From IMG/VR virus record IMGVR_UViG_3300037424_000169, positions 1-60,890 of that record: a stretch of 60,890 nt of DNA; one strand, 5' to 3'. Below the pieces are notes generated by a model, which was given only the letters and a program-made list of their open reading frames with translations, searched no databases and was not told where the DNA came from. A program made the position numbers and the translations under genes. The stretch is from a virus (Duplodnaviria; Caudoviricetes). This document shows, one piece after another, positions 27,806 through 38,141 of this stretch. Numbering within the stretch: position 1 is the first letter of the stretch; every line of letters starts with the position of its first letter.

Positions 27806-30495
27806 TTTTATTTACATTCCTAACTATCTTTGGTTTGGGAATTTTAATTTTCAAACCTGCAATAGCTCAAGATGCTAGTCTTTTACCAAATGCGGTTCAA
27901 CAATTTTTTGATAGTTCTGGAAAACCTCTTGCTTCTGGCAAAGTATATTTTTATGAAGTTGGCACTTCTACATTTAAAGATACCTACACTTCTTCAGCAG
28001 CTACTACACCTTATCAAAATCCAATTACATTAAATGCAGGTGGTAAACCCCCCGGTAGTTCTGGTATTTATGGTATTGGATTATATCGTCAGCTTGTTAG
28101 GGATAAAAATAATAATATAATTTGGGATGCTGTTACGGCTCCCGGTGGTGGCGGTGGTAGTACTCCTACTGATGTTGGGGATGGTAATTTAGTTGGTACT
28201 GTACTTCCTTGGTCTGGTTTAGTTGCTCCTAATCAATATACTTTTGCATATGGACAAGAATTAGCCCGTTCTACTTATCCTGAATTTTTTACTGCTGTAA
28301 CTCAACAGGCTAATGTTATTTGTAGTTCCGCTAGTAATATATTGACTGGTATTTCAGATACGTCTCAAATCCCAATTGGTGCAGATATTGAACTTTCATT
28401 GTGTGTTATAGCTGGAACTACTGTTATTTCTAAAACATCTTCAACTGTTACGCTTTCAAATCCATCTTCTGTTTCTATTAATACAGTTGCTACATTTTTT
28501 CCTTATGGAAATGGAAACAGGTCTACAACTTTTAATGTTCCTGATTTACGTGGCTATGTTTTAGCTGGTCGTGATAATATGGGAGGTTCTGCATCAAGTC
28601 GTTTAACTTCAACCTATTTTGGTTCAGATGCCGATGCTTTAGGAGCGGTTGGGGGCTCACAAAGTCATACTCAAACTATTTCAGAAATGGCCGCTCACGA
28701 TCATACCTTAACTGATCCGGGTCATAGTCATAAGATAGGTGGTAATGGAGCAGCACCTTCCGGCTCAAGTATTGCAACTATAACAAATTATAATATTAGT
28801 GGTGTTCAATATGATAGCCAAATTGTAGCCACTGGAATAACTATGGCTATAACTGGTGCTAGTGTTCCTTTTAGTATTGTACAACCTACTATAACTTTAA
28901 ATTATATTATTAAAATTACTCCTGATACTTCAACTTCTATTGCTACTGGTGTTTATTCTATCGGTGGTATGAGTGGTGTTATCAGTTGCGGTACTGGCAT
29001 ATTATGTACTGGAAATATTATAAATTTTAATGGTAATGTTTTGGCTGGTGGTTCAACAAGAAGTATTCAATTTAGAAATTCAGATGGTTCTTTTGGAGGT
29101 TCTGATAATTTAGTTTTTATTAGTCCTGATACTTTAACATTAGGTGTCTCTGGTTCAACCATGAATTTTGATATTTATGGTCTGACTAGTGGACGTGTTA
29201 GACAAAATGTACAAGCTGTTGCTGGTACACCAACTATTGTTTGGGGGAATGCAAGTGGTACTCCTGCTGTAATAGCAGCATTTCCATTAGAAATAGATAC
29301 TGTAACTGGTACTATTAATTGTGATACTTGTGCTACTGGTTCTTTAAATGGGCAAGCTTTAACTAAAATTGATGATACTAATATTACTTTAACATTAGGT
29401 GGTTCCTCAACTACTGCTTTATTAAGTCCGGCTTCTTTAACTTTAGGTTGGACCGGAACTCTTGCCGCTGGTCGTCTCAATAGTAATGTTGTGCAAGCTA
29501 TTACTAATGATACTAATATTACAGGTTCTATATCCGCTCAAAATCTAACTTTGGGTTGGACGGGACAATTAGCAGTTTCTCGCGGGGGTACTGGTTTATC
29601 CTCTGGCACTTCTGGCGGTATTCCTTATTTTAACTCAACCTCTACTATGGCTTCTAGTGGTGTATTAGGAGCTAACCAAATTGTGTTAGGTGGTGGTGCT
29701 AGTGCTAGCCCAACATCTTTAACGTGTGCAGCTTCTACCACTGTCGTTCATGGTGGTACCCCTCCTACTTGTTCTCAAATTGTAGCAGCAGATATTACTA
29801 CAAATACAATTACTAATTCTAATTTATCTCAAATTGGTGCAGCTACTATTAAAGGTAATCCAACGGCGTCAACAGCTAATACTCAAGATTTTACATTTGG
29901 TAGTTTAACCCAAACTATTAGCCCCGGCGCAACAGATTGGATACCAATTTATGATAATGCTACTGGTACAATTAAAAAAGTAAATGCTGGTATCATCGCT
30001 TCTGCTTCGGTTGCTGGTGTAAGTTCTATTGCTGGTAATACAGGTGCATTTACATTAAGCACAGGTATTACTAATTCAGCTAATAATATTATAGCTGATA
30101 TATCTTCTGAAGCTGATTTTGAAGCTGGTACGGCTAATAAATTGTTAGATGCTAATGTAGTATTTACTGCTGAAATAACTACAACTTATGGAACCACTAC
30201 AACTTTTGATTTTGATACTTTTATAAATAGTCAAGTTATTTTAACTGGTAATATTACTACAATGAATTGCAGTAATATGAAACAAGGTCAAGCTGGTACT
30301 ATTGCTTACATTCAAGATGGAGTAGGAAGTCGTACCGCTGCTTTCAATACCGGAACTTGCTCAACAGTTTTAAAATTTGCTAATGCTTCATTCCCAACAC
30401 TAACTACTTCAGCAAGCGCGATTGATATTTTATCTTATTCTTGCCGTAGTTCTACATATTGTGCAGCGGCTCTTTCTAAAGGTTACAATCCGTAA
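27787..30495 (+). CDS. tail fiber with N-terminal signal peptide and collar domain
   Basis: signal ...KPAIA-Q; virion-anchor 'QFFDSSGKPLASGKVYFY'; collar 'GNG..TTFNVPDLRG'; many Cys pairs. Confidence 0.85.
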   Translation: MKKNIGILFTFLTIFGLGILIFKPAIAQDASLLPNAVQQFFDSSGKPLASGKVYFYEVGTSTFKDTYTSSAATTPYQNPITLNAGGKPPGSSGIYGIGLYRQLVRDKNNNIIWDAVTAPGGGGGSTPTDVGDGNLVGTVLPWSGLVAPNQYTFAYGQELARSTYPEFFTAVTQQANVICSSASNILTGISDTSQIPIGADIELSLCVIAGTTVISKTSSTVTLSNPSSVSINTVATFFPYGNGNRSTTFNVPDLRGYVLAGRDNMGGSASSRLTSTYFGSDADALGAVGGSQSHTQTISEMAAHDHTLTDPGHSHKIGGNGAAPSGSSIATITNYNISGVQYDSQIVATGITMAITGASVPFSIVQPTITLNYIIKITPDTSTSIATGVYSIGGMSGVISCGTGILCTGNIINFNGNVLAGGSTRSIQFRNSDGSFGGSDNLVFISPDTLTLGVSGSTMNFDIYGLTSGRVRQNVQAVAGTPTIVWGNASGTPAVIAAFPLEIDTVTGTINCDTCATGSLNGQALTKIDDTNITLTLGGSSTTALLSPASLTLGWTGTLAAGRLNSNVVQAITNDTNITGSISAQNLTLGWTGQLAVSRGGTGLSSGTSGGIPYFNSTSTMASSGVLGANQIVLGGGASASPTSLTCAASTTVVHGGTPPTCSQIVAADITTNTITNSNLSQIGAATIKGNPTASTANTQDFTFGSLTQTISPGATDWIPIYDNATGTIKKVNAGIIASASVAGVSSIAGNTGAFTLSTGITNSANNIIADISSEADFEAGTANKLLDANVVFTAEITTTYGTTTTFDFDTFINSQVILTGNITTMNCSNMKQGQAGTIAYIQDGVGSRTAAFNTGTCSTVLKFANASFPTLTTSASAIDILSYSCRSSTYCAAALSKGYNP

Positions 30496-31229
30496 TGATA
30501 AAATTACTAGTAGTTCTACTTTTAATATTTAATGGAATAGCGCAAGCTAATCCACCCGGTACATTTCAACCTTTATTATTAAACACTAAAAACCCATTAA
30601 CAATAACTAATACAGATAGTGCTAGCCAAGCTAGTGCTTCTAATACTACAACATTTACTAATAAATTAATTGGAGTAGCTAACTCTGGTCGTCTAGTTTC
30701 AGCTTGTGTTGCATGGAGGTCTAATGGAACTGAAACTTTAACTTCTGCTACTATTGGGGGAATATCAGCAACAATAACTTTACCAAATCAGCAACAAACA
30801 CCAACTTATTTTAATGTAGCTATAATTAGAGCATTAGTACCAACTGGTTTAACAGCAAATTTTACATTAAATTATAGCGGAAATTTATCAGGTAGTGGTG
30901 CATATACAGCTATAGCTGTATATAGTATATTACCAACTAATTCGACTATTTCATCTGATTACGCTACTGGTACAGGAACTACATCAATCAGCCTAAATAC
31001 TGATGTTAATTTAGGGGGTGTAATAATGGCGTGTGGATTTAGTCAAGCGAGTTCCGCTCGCGGGTTTACAGGATTAACAAAAAATGGGGAAATAAATACG
31101 CAAGGATCGGATTGGATGCAATATGGTTCTGATATGTATTCTGTTGCTCAAGCACCAGTATCAATTACCGCTACCTCAACAGGAGGTAACCAATTTACTG
31201 CTATTTCCGCCGCATTTAATCCATTATAG
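30495..31229 (+). CDS. signal-peptide-bearing Ser/Thr-rich fiber-tip-like protein
   Basis: MIKLLVVLLLIFNGIAQA-N; TAATG coupling to tail fiber. Confidence 0.7.
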   Translation: MIKLLVVLLLIFNGIAQANPPGTFQPLLLNTKNPLTITNTDSASQASASNTTTFTNKLIGVANSGRLVSACVAWRSNGTETLTSATIGGISATITLPNQQQTPTYFNVAIIRALVPTGLTANFTLNYSGNLSGSGAYTAIAVYSILPTNSTISSDYATGTGTTSISLNTDVNLGGVIMACGFSQASSARGFTGLTKNGEINTQGSDWMQYGSDMYSVAQAPVSITATSTGGNQFTAISAAFNPL

Positions 31230-31239
31230 GAATTTTAAT

Positions 31240-32019
31240 ATGCCGACTAAACAAGAAATTATAGATGCTCTTACAGCTATAAAAGCTACAAATGACAGCG
31301 TATCACAAAATCTTGCTACTCAAATTGCTACATTAGCTGCTTTGGTTTGCAATGAAGAACCGCCACCAACTCCACCAGAAGATGAAGATACATTATTTTC
31401 AGTTGAATTTAGCGGTAATGATGAAGCAACTATTGCTACTGATTTATCTATTTACGCAAGACCATTAGCATTTCTTGATAATGCTCATATATTAAATAAT
31501 AAACTATTGTTAGATGGAGCTAATGATTGTGTTAAAATCCCTTGGTCTGCTGATTTTCAGCGTGGCGCTGGTGACTTTACAATAGACGCCAAAGCTTCAA
31601 CAACTAGTCTTTCTGAAGCGAGAAGTATTCTTACTCAATGGCAAACTGGTGGAGATAACAACCGAGCATTTAGCTTAAGAATATCCAATGGTAAACTAGC
31701 TATGTCTGTAAATAGTGGAGGCATAAACTTTATTGAGCTTCTAGGAGCAACAACGTTACAAATAGGAATTGACTATGATATAAGTTTTGAACGATTTGGT
31801 TCACTAGCTACATTGTTCCTTAATGGTGTAGTTGATGCTCAAGCACAAATCAGTGGAGCAATGAATAATAGTCCAAGGTCGCTATTGATTGGAGGACAAT
31901 GGGGGAATGCAGTGGAAACACCGGGAAATATAAATGAAGAATTAATTGGTACAATAACTAAAGTTAGGTTTATAAAAAAGGCTGTTTATCAAGGTGAAAA
32001 TTTTATACCATCTTTATAA
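31240..32019 (+). CDS. LamG/ConA-like lectin domain protein
   Basis: 'LLLDGAND', 'GAGDFTID', 'LFLNGV', 'LLIGG'; start moved to the ATG after AGGAA. Confidence 0.75.
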   Translation: MPTKQEIIDALTAIKATNDSVSQNLATQIATLAALVCNEEPPPTPPEDEDTLFSVEFSGNDEATIATDLSIYARPLAFLDNAHILNNKLLLDGANDCVKIPWSADFQRGAGDFTIDAKASTTSLSEARSILTQWQTGGDNNRAFSLRISNGKLAMSVNSGGINFIELLGATTLQIGIDYDISFERFGSLATLFLNGVVDAQAQISGAMNNSPRSLLIGGQWGNAVETPGNINEELIGTITKVRFIKKAVYQGENFIPSL

Positions 32020-32033
32020 AAGAGGAATTTTGA

Positions 32034-32897
32034 ATGACTTGGACACCAATAGTAGGTAAAGCTTTAGCACTTCCAGAATTACAAAAACATATTAATAGTC
32101 TCTCATTCAATAATTGGAAACCTTCTGTAATCATTTGGCATAATACAGGTTTGCCTACAATTCAACAATGGGAAAAATCTTATCAAGACGATTTAAAACG
32201 TAAATTAGAGCCGGGTATTACTCGAATTAATAGTTTAGAGCATTGGTTTAAAATTAAACAAGGTTGGAAGTCAGCCCCTCATTGGTTTGTTTACAAAGAT
32301 AAAGTGTGGGCATTTACTCCATCTAATAAAAAAGGTACAGGTTCTCCTAGTTGGAATGGTACTGGTATTCATATTGAAATGATTGCTGACTTTTCTAAAG
32401 AGGATGATGATAGCGGTGATGGTTTATTAATTAAAAATAATACTATAGCTTTAACTGCTATGCTTTGTGATAAAATTGGATTGAAGCCTGAAAGCGGAGA
32501 AGTTATTAGTGAAAAACCTTTTAGAACTACAGGGACTATTTTTCTTCATAAACAAGACCCTAGAACGACGCACGATTGCCCCGGTCATGATATTGCGGTT
32601 GACAAAGACGCTATGATTGATAGCGTATTGGAATATATGGGGCATGGAGGCGATCATACAGGAAGCGTAGATTTAAGCGTAATCAAGAAACGAAACGGAT
32701 TTGTTAATGTCGCTCATAATGATTATTTAAATTTAAGAGAAAATTCCAGCGCGTCTAGCAAAATAATTACAAAACTACATCCTGATACTAAAATTACTAT
32801 TTTAAATGAAGCTATGAATAGCAACACTAAATGGCTTTATATTTCTGTTCTAAAATATAAAGGTTGGGTTGCGGCTAGATATATAAAGGAAATTTAA
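32034..32897 (+). CDS. endolysin: N-acetylmuramoyl-L-alanine amidase plus SH3b
   Basis: WHNT, PHWF, HIEM and H...CPG amidase motifs; 'YLNLRE...GWVAARY' SH3. Confidence 0.85.
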   Translation: MTWTPIVGKALALPELQKHINSLSFNNWKPSVIIWHNTGLPTIQQWEKSYQDDLKRKLEPGITRINSLEHWFKIKQGWKSAPHWFVYKDKVWAFTPSNKKGTGSPSWNGTGIHIEMIADFSKEDDDSGDGLLIKNNTIALTAMLCDKIGLKPESGEVISEKPFRTTGTIFLHKQDPRTTHDCPGHDIAVDKDAMIDSVLEYMGHGGDHTGSVDLSVIKKRNGFVNVAHNDYLNLRENSSASSKIITKLHPDTKITILNEAMNSNTKWLYISVLKYKGWVAARYIKEI

Positions 32898-32899
32898 TT

Positions 32900-33259
32900 A
32901 TGAATTTAACTACCGCCCAAAAATTAGCGTTAACTATTGGTATTCTTGGTTTTGTTGCAACTGGTGGCACACAATTAACTGACATATTTTCACCATTAGG
33001 TTCTATTGCTCCAATAATTGTTAAAGAGATTGTATCATTGGCTGGATTTGTATCCGGTGTGCTTGGTATTATTCTCACTTTCACTACTGGCCAGTCTGGC
33101 CAAATTAAAACTGTAGTTGCTATGGCTAATGACCCAAATTCTCCAATCCAAGGTATTATTACTACTTCGGATAAAAATGGGCAAGCCTTAGCTAAATCAA
33201 TGAACGGTCCTATCGTTTCTGCTGGTACTTCTGCTGCTGCTGAAATTATCAAACCATAA
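32900..33259 (+). CDS. putative holin
   Basis: two TM segments, directly after endolysin. Confidence 0.55.
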   Translation: MNLTTAQKLALTIGILGFVATGGTQLTDIFSPLGSIAPIIVKEIVSLAGFVSGVLGIILTFTTGQSGQIKTVVAMANDPNSPIQGIITTSDKNGQALAKSMNGPIVSAGTSAAAEIIKP

Positions 33260-33269
33260 AGGAATTAAA

Positions 33270-33596
33270 ATGAAAAAACTTTTAATTATTGGTGTTACTT
33301 GTTTAGCTCTTGCTGGTTGCCAAACTGCGCAAGACGTAGCAACTACAATCACTACAGCTACTCAAACTACTAAAGAAAAAGTTAAATCAGTTCAAGGCTA
33401 CGCTGTTTCGGTTTGTGGTTACCTACCTGCTGCTGCTAGTGTTGTAGGCATTTTTAATTCTGGATTTGGTAATAGCGTAGCTGCTGTTGGTAGTGCAATT
33501 TGTAATGCAGTCACCAGCATTCCGCTGGCTGATGGTCCTGGTGATCGCTTGCCGCGCGTAAATGGAGTTATCATCAAGGGTAGCTTTGTTAAGTAA
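33270..33596 (+). CDS. lipoprotein (possible spanin component)
   Basis: lipobox LAGC within lysis cassette. Confidence 0.65.
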   Translation: MKKLLIIGVTCLALAGCQTAQDVATTITTATQTTKEKVKSVQGYAVSVCGYLPAAASVVGIFNSGFGNSVAAVGSAICNAVTSIPLADGPGDRLPRVNGVIIKGSFVK

Positions 33597-33603
33597 TTAT
33601 TTT

Positions 33604-33640
33604 AAATAGCTAGGGGTTAAGATTACCCCTAGCTATTTTT
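33604..33640 (+). terminator. intrinsic terminator, possibly bidirectional
   Basis: AAATAGCTAGGGG...CCCCTAGCTATTTTT. Confidence 0.75.
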
Positions 33641-33648
33641 ATGGGAAG

Positions 33649-33897
33649 TTGACAATGGATCTTAACACAGCTATGATTATGGGTACTGTTGCTAGTTCTG
33701 CTTTTGGGCTAGGGATATATTTCAAAACTGAAATATCTAAAGCTACTGATAAATTTACTACTTTATTAACTGAGCATAAAAATGAGGATGGTGTAAAATT
33801 TTTTGACCATGCTTTAAGACTTCAACGGATAGAACTTCATAATTTTAATGAAACTCATTCTGGTAAAAATCCTGATATAATGGACCCTAAAAATTAA
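33649..33897 (+). CDS. small membrane protein
   Basis: one N-terminal TM segment. Confidence 0.5.
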   Translation: MTMDLNTAMIMGTVASSAFGLGIYFKTEISKATDKFTTLLTEHKNEDGVKFFDHALRLQRIELHNFNETHSGKNPDIMDPKN

Positions 33898-33953
33898 AAT
33901 GAAATTGCCGCATGGTGCGGTATTTGACTTTATCCCTTTAAAAAGGAACAGCC

Positions 33954-34490
33954 ATGATACTTACACGCATTGCGGCATTAGCCGCTATCTTGCTCGCTTT
34001 CACAGCTTCAACCGAAGCCCGGCCCCGTTCCCAAAACATTATAAAGTGCGACGACAGAGGTTGCTCGGATAGGGTGGCCTATGGCACGGAAAAGACAAAT
34101 AAACGCACCAGTAAAGCCCGTATTGCTGCCAGCGGGGAAATTGTAAGTGGACGCCCGGCTGCTTGTAATATCCGTATCCGAGGCCGCTTAATCCCATATT
34201 GCGGATGTGGTGTTAGTTTGAAAGTGTTTGGTAAAGTTATACCAGAATTGATGCTCGCCTTAAATTGGAAGCGAAAATTCCCTCGCACTTCACCGGCTCC
34301 GGGGATGGTTGCGGCTCGATCCGGTCATGTATTCTACATTGTGAGTGTAATTGATAGTTCTATAGTGCTGGCCTACGATCCTAACAGCGGGAAAGGCTTA
34401 ACTCGCGTTCACGAAAGGTCATTAAAAGGATACACTGTAGTAAACCCATATGGAAGTAAAGTAGCAAGCAATGAAAAGAATTTTTACTGA
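33954..34490 (+). CDS. secreted CHAP/NlpC-P60-like Cys-His hydrolase
   Basis: signal peptide; YCGCG...GHV...DPNSG; locally GC-richer. Confidence 0.65.
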   Translation: MILTRIAALAAILLAFTASTEARPRSQNIIKCDDRGCSDRVAYGTEKTNKRTSKARIAASGEIVSGRPAACNIRIRGRLIPYCGCGVSLKVFGKVIPELMLALNWKRKFPRTSPAPGMVAARSGHVFYIVSVIDSSIVLAYDPNSGKGLTRVHERSLKGYTVVNPYGSKVASNEKNFY

Positions 34491-35016
34491 GGAAGAAAAA
34501 GCGCAAAGAAAATTAATATCTAAAGCTTGGAGAGAAGTTAATAAAGAAAGAGATAATGCAAGACAAAGAGATTATGAAAAGCGGCCAAACGTTAAAGCAA
34601 AAAGAAAAGAATGGAGAGATGAGAATAAGGATAAAACTAAAGCAGCTTTAGCTAAATATAGGTCTACTGCTGAATATAAAGAAAAGAATAAAACTTTAGC
34701 CGCTAAATATCGTGCTGAAAATGTAGAAAAACTCAGATTAAATAGAATTAAATACAATGATCGTCCTGAAAACATAGCTAGAAAAGCCGCAGCAAAACAT
34801 AATGGTAAACTAGTTATTGAACCTCCTACAAGGCCACGCCCTTTAACTTGTGACATTTGCAACGGAACTAATGAGCATAACGCTAGAATGCACTTCGATC
34901 ATTGTCATATTACAGGTAGATTTCGCGGTTGGTTATGTAGCAAATGCAACATGGCGCTTGGGTTATTAAATGATGATAAGGAACGATTGGCTAAGCTTAT
35001 TGAATATCTAAAATAG
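34471..35016 (+). CDS. endonuclease VII-like HNH endonuclease
   Basis: CDIC...FDHCHITGRFRGWLCSKCN. Confidence 0.9.
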   Translation: MKRIFTEEEKAQRKLISKAWREVNKERDNARQRDYEKRPNVKAKRKEWRDENKDKTKAALAKYRSTAEYKEKNKTLAAKYRAENVEKLRLNRIKYNDRPENIARKAAAKHNGKLVIEPPTRPRPLTCDICNGTNEHNARMHFDHCHITGRFRGWLCSKCNMALGLLNDDKERLAKLIEYLK

Positions 35017-35047
35017 TTGTCAACCCACATGGTAGTGTGGCGTGGAA

Positions 35048-36985
35048 TTAAAATAATCTTTGCTGCTTTGGGTGTTGATAATAAGCAATTTCATAAAGTA
35101 TTTCTGTAGCCTTGCGCTCATACCACTCGTAATCAAGATCGAAGGGGATTTGATTTGGTAAATCTAAAACCAAGCAAGCCCCTTCACTATCTGGTATTTT
35201 ATTATTAGCAGCTACCGTATTAATAGTTCCCATTTCACCTTTTTGGTAGTACCAGCGTAAAACTTTTCCGGCGTATTCGCCGTTTTTGTGGGCACCTGGG
35301 GCTTTAGCCTGTCTCACTGTAATAAATCTAGTAAAATCTTGGCAATTTTTAATTGTCTTTTCTACTGGTGTACCATCTAAAAGTAATTGCTTTACAGCAT
35401 CAGTACAAATTTGAGTAGTTGGGTTGGTATCTAATTGTGTTCCGCTTTGTGACCCTATTTCAGAATATGGGCCTTTTACTTTAATGTCTTTTAATTCTTT
35501 AGCATCAATTTTAACTGCAAAATAGCTATTAACATCTCTAGCATAATAACTACTATAACGAGTTTCTTCTAAATTAAATCCTGTAACTGTCTGCCAATAT
35601 TGCCCACACTCTTGATACTTGGCTTCTAAAGATTTAGGAACCAAGCAAACAATACCATCGGTATTAGCCGATATGACTGTTAAACCTGCTAACGTCACAG
35701 TTTCAATATATAAAAGTAATGCAAGCTGCCCTGTTACATTTTGTTGAATAGTTAATGGTGGATCGTACAAAACAGAATACGGATCACTGTACTTTCCTCC
35801 GGCTCCATTCACAACAATCTTTTTACCGTTGGCTTCTGTTTTTCTTGCTGCTTTTTTAGCATTCTCCCTTGACACAATAATTTTATCATATGCAATTAAA
35901 AATGCCGGACCCATTGAATGTGGGTACAATCCTAAAGTTGTAGTCAATCTTGGATAATAACCAGTAACATCTTTGTCGGATATACCTACATTATCAGTAG
36001 CTTTATAAGCTACATTTTCTTCGCTACTATGTAATCCGCCATTCCCAAGCCGATACTCGCCAGCGCCAACCTTGACTGAATTTTTTAATTCGTCTGGTAG
36101 CGTTACCTTGCCACTCTCTCCAATAATAAAGGTCGCTGATTTGACGGTTTCCAAAAGCTGCTGAAGGGCTGGCGTCTGATATTTAATATAATCAGGGGGA
36201 TAATATTTAAAGCTGAAGCCGGGAGGAATGTCCGGCTTTCGAGGCCGAACGCCGTTAAGCTTGGTTACTTCCTGTACCAATACAGCTTCGGCTATTTGAG
36301 CATCCGATTTGCTCATTAAGTCTAAGCCGTATTCGCTGCTCATTGCACGGCGTAACTCAATACGTTCTTTCATAAAATCAAAGAGCAACTCGGTTCCATC
36401 TAGATCATTAAAATTATAATGCTTAGTTATAATTTTTTGTTCATCGGTTAAAGATTGATTAGGTGGAAATGGAAGCTCTTGCAATCGTTTGGCATGAAGC
36501 CTTGCCATATAAAGCTTCAATGATCCTTTTAAGGGTGCTACCTCGATCAAGTCTAGAATATTGGTATCGTAAATCTTAAACCCAAATTCTTTTTGAGCTT
36601 CCTGATACCACATACCTTGTTGAATTAAAGCATTAGAGAGACGTTGTAGAGTTGGAATATCTTGGATTTTATAAGATAACCATACCATAGGACTATCATA
36701 TTTAATCCAATTAAATCCAACAATTTGATAGTTGTGCATTATCCAACTAAGCTTACGTTCATTAAACGGTGGCTCTAGCGTAAAATATTTTTTAGTTTTA
36801 TGACATTTAAAAGAGATTAAAAAATAGTTAGGATATACTTCGGTATCTGATATTAAAGTACCGCCTTTATTAGCAATTAGTTCATCATCCGATAACATTG
36901 GCCGCTCAACAATAGGGCGCGGCTTGTATGGGGCAAGTTTAACTTTTTCATTGGATAGGGTTATGAGGCCGGGATCGCTAACCAT
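35048..36985 (-). CDS. family B-like DNA polymerase
   Basis: exonuclease DTE and GFN..YD; polymerase motifs DVTGYYP, KxxxNG and NTDG. Confidence 0.88.
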   Translation of the reverse strand: MVSDPGLITLSNEKVKLAPYKPRPIVERPMLSDDELIANKGGTLISDTEVYPNYFLISFKCHKTKKYFTLEPPFNERKLSWIMHNYQIVGFNWIKYDSPMVWLSYKIQDIPTLQRLSNALIQQGMWYQEAQKEFGFKIYDTNILDLIEVAPLKGSLKLYMARLHAKRLQELPFPPNQSLTDEQKIITKHYNFNDLDGTELLFDFMKERIELRRAMSSEYGLDLMSKSDAQIAEAVLVQEVTKLNGVRPRKPDIPPGFSFKYYPPDYIKYQTPALQQLLETVKSATFIIGESGKVTLPDELKNSVKVGAGEYRLGNGGLHSSEENVAYKATDNVGISDKDVTGYYPRLTTTLGLYPHSMGPAFLIAYDKIIVSRENAKKAARKTEANGKKIVVNGAGGKYSDPYSVLYDPPLTIQQNVTGQLALLLYIETVTLAGLTVISANTDGIVCLVPKSLEAKYQECGQYWQTVTGFNLEETRYSSYYARDVNSYFAVKIDAKELKDIKVKGPYSEIGSQSGTQLDTNPTTQICTDAVKQLLLDGTPVEKTIKNCQDFTRFITVRQAKAPGAHKNGEYAGKVLRWYYQKGEMGTINTVAANNKIPDSEGACLVLDLPNQIPFDLDYEWYERKATEILYEIAYYQHPKQQRLF

Positions 36986-37146
36986 TGATAATTAAACCTC
37001 TTTGAATTTAAGTAAGCTACTACCCAATTCCATTCTTTACCAATCATCCATTTTATAATTGGTGCTGCTTTGTAGGCAATACCATCTTTAAAAATAATAC
37101 CAGCTACATAATGAGGCGCTTCTATACGCATTAGAATTTGCGTCAT
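36961..37146 (-). CDS. hypothetical protein
   Basis: 'APHYVAGI..AAPIIKWM'; ATGA overlap. Confidence 0.6.
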   Translation of the reverse strand: MTQILMRIEAPHYVAGIIFKDGIAYKAAPIIKWMIGKEWNWVVAYLNSKRFNYQWLAIPAS

Positions 37147-38141
37147 CCAAACCCCATTAATATACCGCGCACTTTATTTCCTATAAAACTTAGCAGCATA
37201 CTTTTTCTATCAGCCGGTACATAAAAATCTATCTTTTCAGCCATATCTTTTAAAAGAGATAAATACTTTGCTGAATACACAGGGCCATTCTTTATTTCAG
37301 GTACTTCAAATTCAGCACCTTTACCGTCAACGTCATGGCTTTGTAACTTACCATCTTTAAAATAAATCATACCGTTGTCTGAGAAATCTTTGATAGCTTC
37401 TAAGCCTTTAAAGAAATCTTTTGGTACGGGAATTGGAGTTGACGGTTTATTTAAAATATCGCTTATATCAGGCCATCTTTCGGCATATAATTGAGTGCGA
37501 ATAAAACTATTATCATCAACATAAAACGTAGCGGTAGTTTGTGAAAGGCCAAATCCAATTAATTTTTTAGAGCTTAACAAGACTGGAATTATAGCTTTAG
37601 GTATTGGTACATTTGTGGGTAAATTTAAACCATGCCAAGCTTCAACCAATATCTTACCATCGGTAGCTATAACACTTCCACCATTCATTAAGAAACTGAG
37701 TGTAATAATTCTCTGGCCATTTTCAGGTTTAATTTTTTCAATTAAGGTAAGAGCTTCTTTTAAAGTATCGTCTATAGGAGCTACGTTTTGGTCCGGGGTA
37801 GGAAAATAAATTAGGCTTGGATCAATACAAGGAATAACAGCTTTAAACGGTCCTGATTTAATAGATAGTTTTGATTGGTCAACTTGAGTTAACGAATAAT
37901 TTTCTCCACACTTAGCTAGTGCATTTAAAAATGTTTTAGCGTGTGGTGCACAATATAAATCTTCTTCTATTATACAACCTGCACCTAACGTACCATTGAA
38001 AGCACTTGCTGTTTTATCTTTTAGAAGAATGTGAGTTTCATTTATCGGTCCTCCATCTTTAGAAACTAAAGATAAAAAACGTACTACCTCTAAAAGTCTA
38101 GAGGAAGTTTTAGTTGATGGTTTGCGAGGTTTTGGGGGCAT
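37143..38141 (-). CDS. DNA polymerase sliding clamp (beta-like)
   Basis: about 330 aa, 'VIATDG' motif, adjacent to polymerase. Confidence 0.7.
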   Translation of the reverse strand: MPPKPRKPSTKTSSRLLEVVRFLSLVSKDGGPINETHILLKDKTASAFNGTLGAGCIIEEDLYCAPHAKTFLNALAKCGENYSLTQVDQSKLSIKSGPFKAVIPCIDPSLIYFPTPDQNVAPIDDTLKEALTLIEKIKPENGQRIITLSFLMNGGSVIATDGKILVEAWHGLNLPTNVPIPKAIIPVLLSSKKLIGFGLSQTTATFYVDDNSFIRTQLYAERWPDISDILNKPSTPIPVPKDFFKGLEAIKDFSDNGMIYFKDGKLQSHDVDGKGAEFEVPEIKNGPVYSAKYLSLLKDMAEKIDFYVPADRKSMLLSFIGNKVRGILMGFG

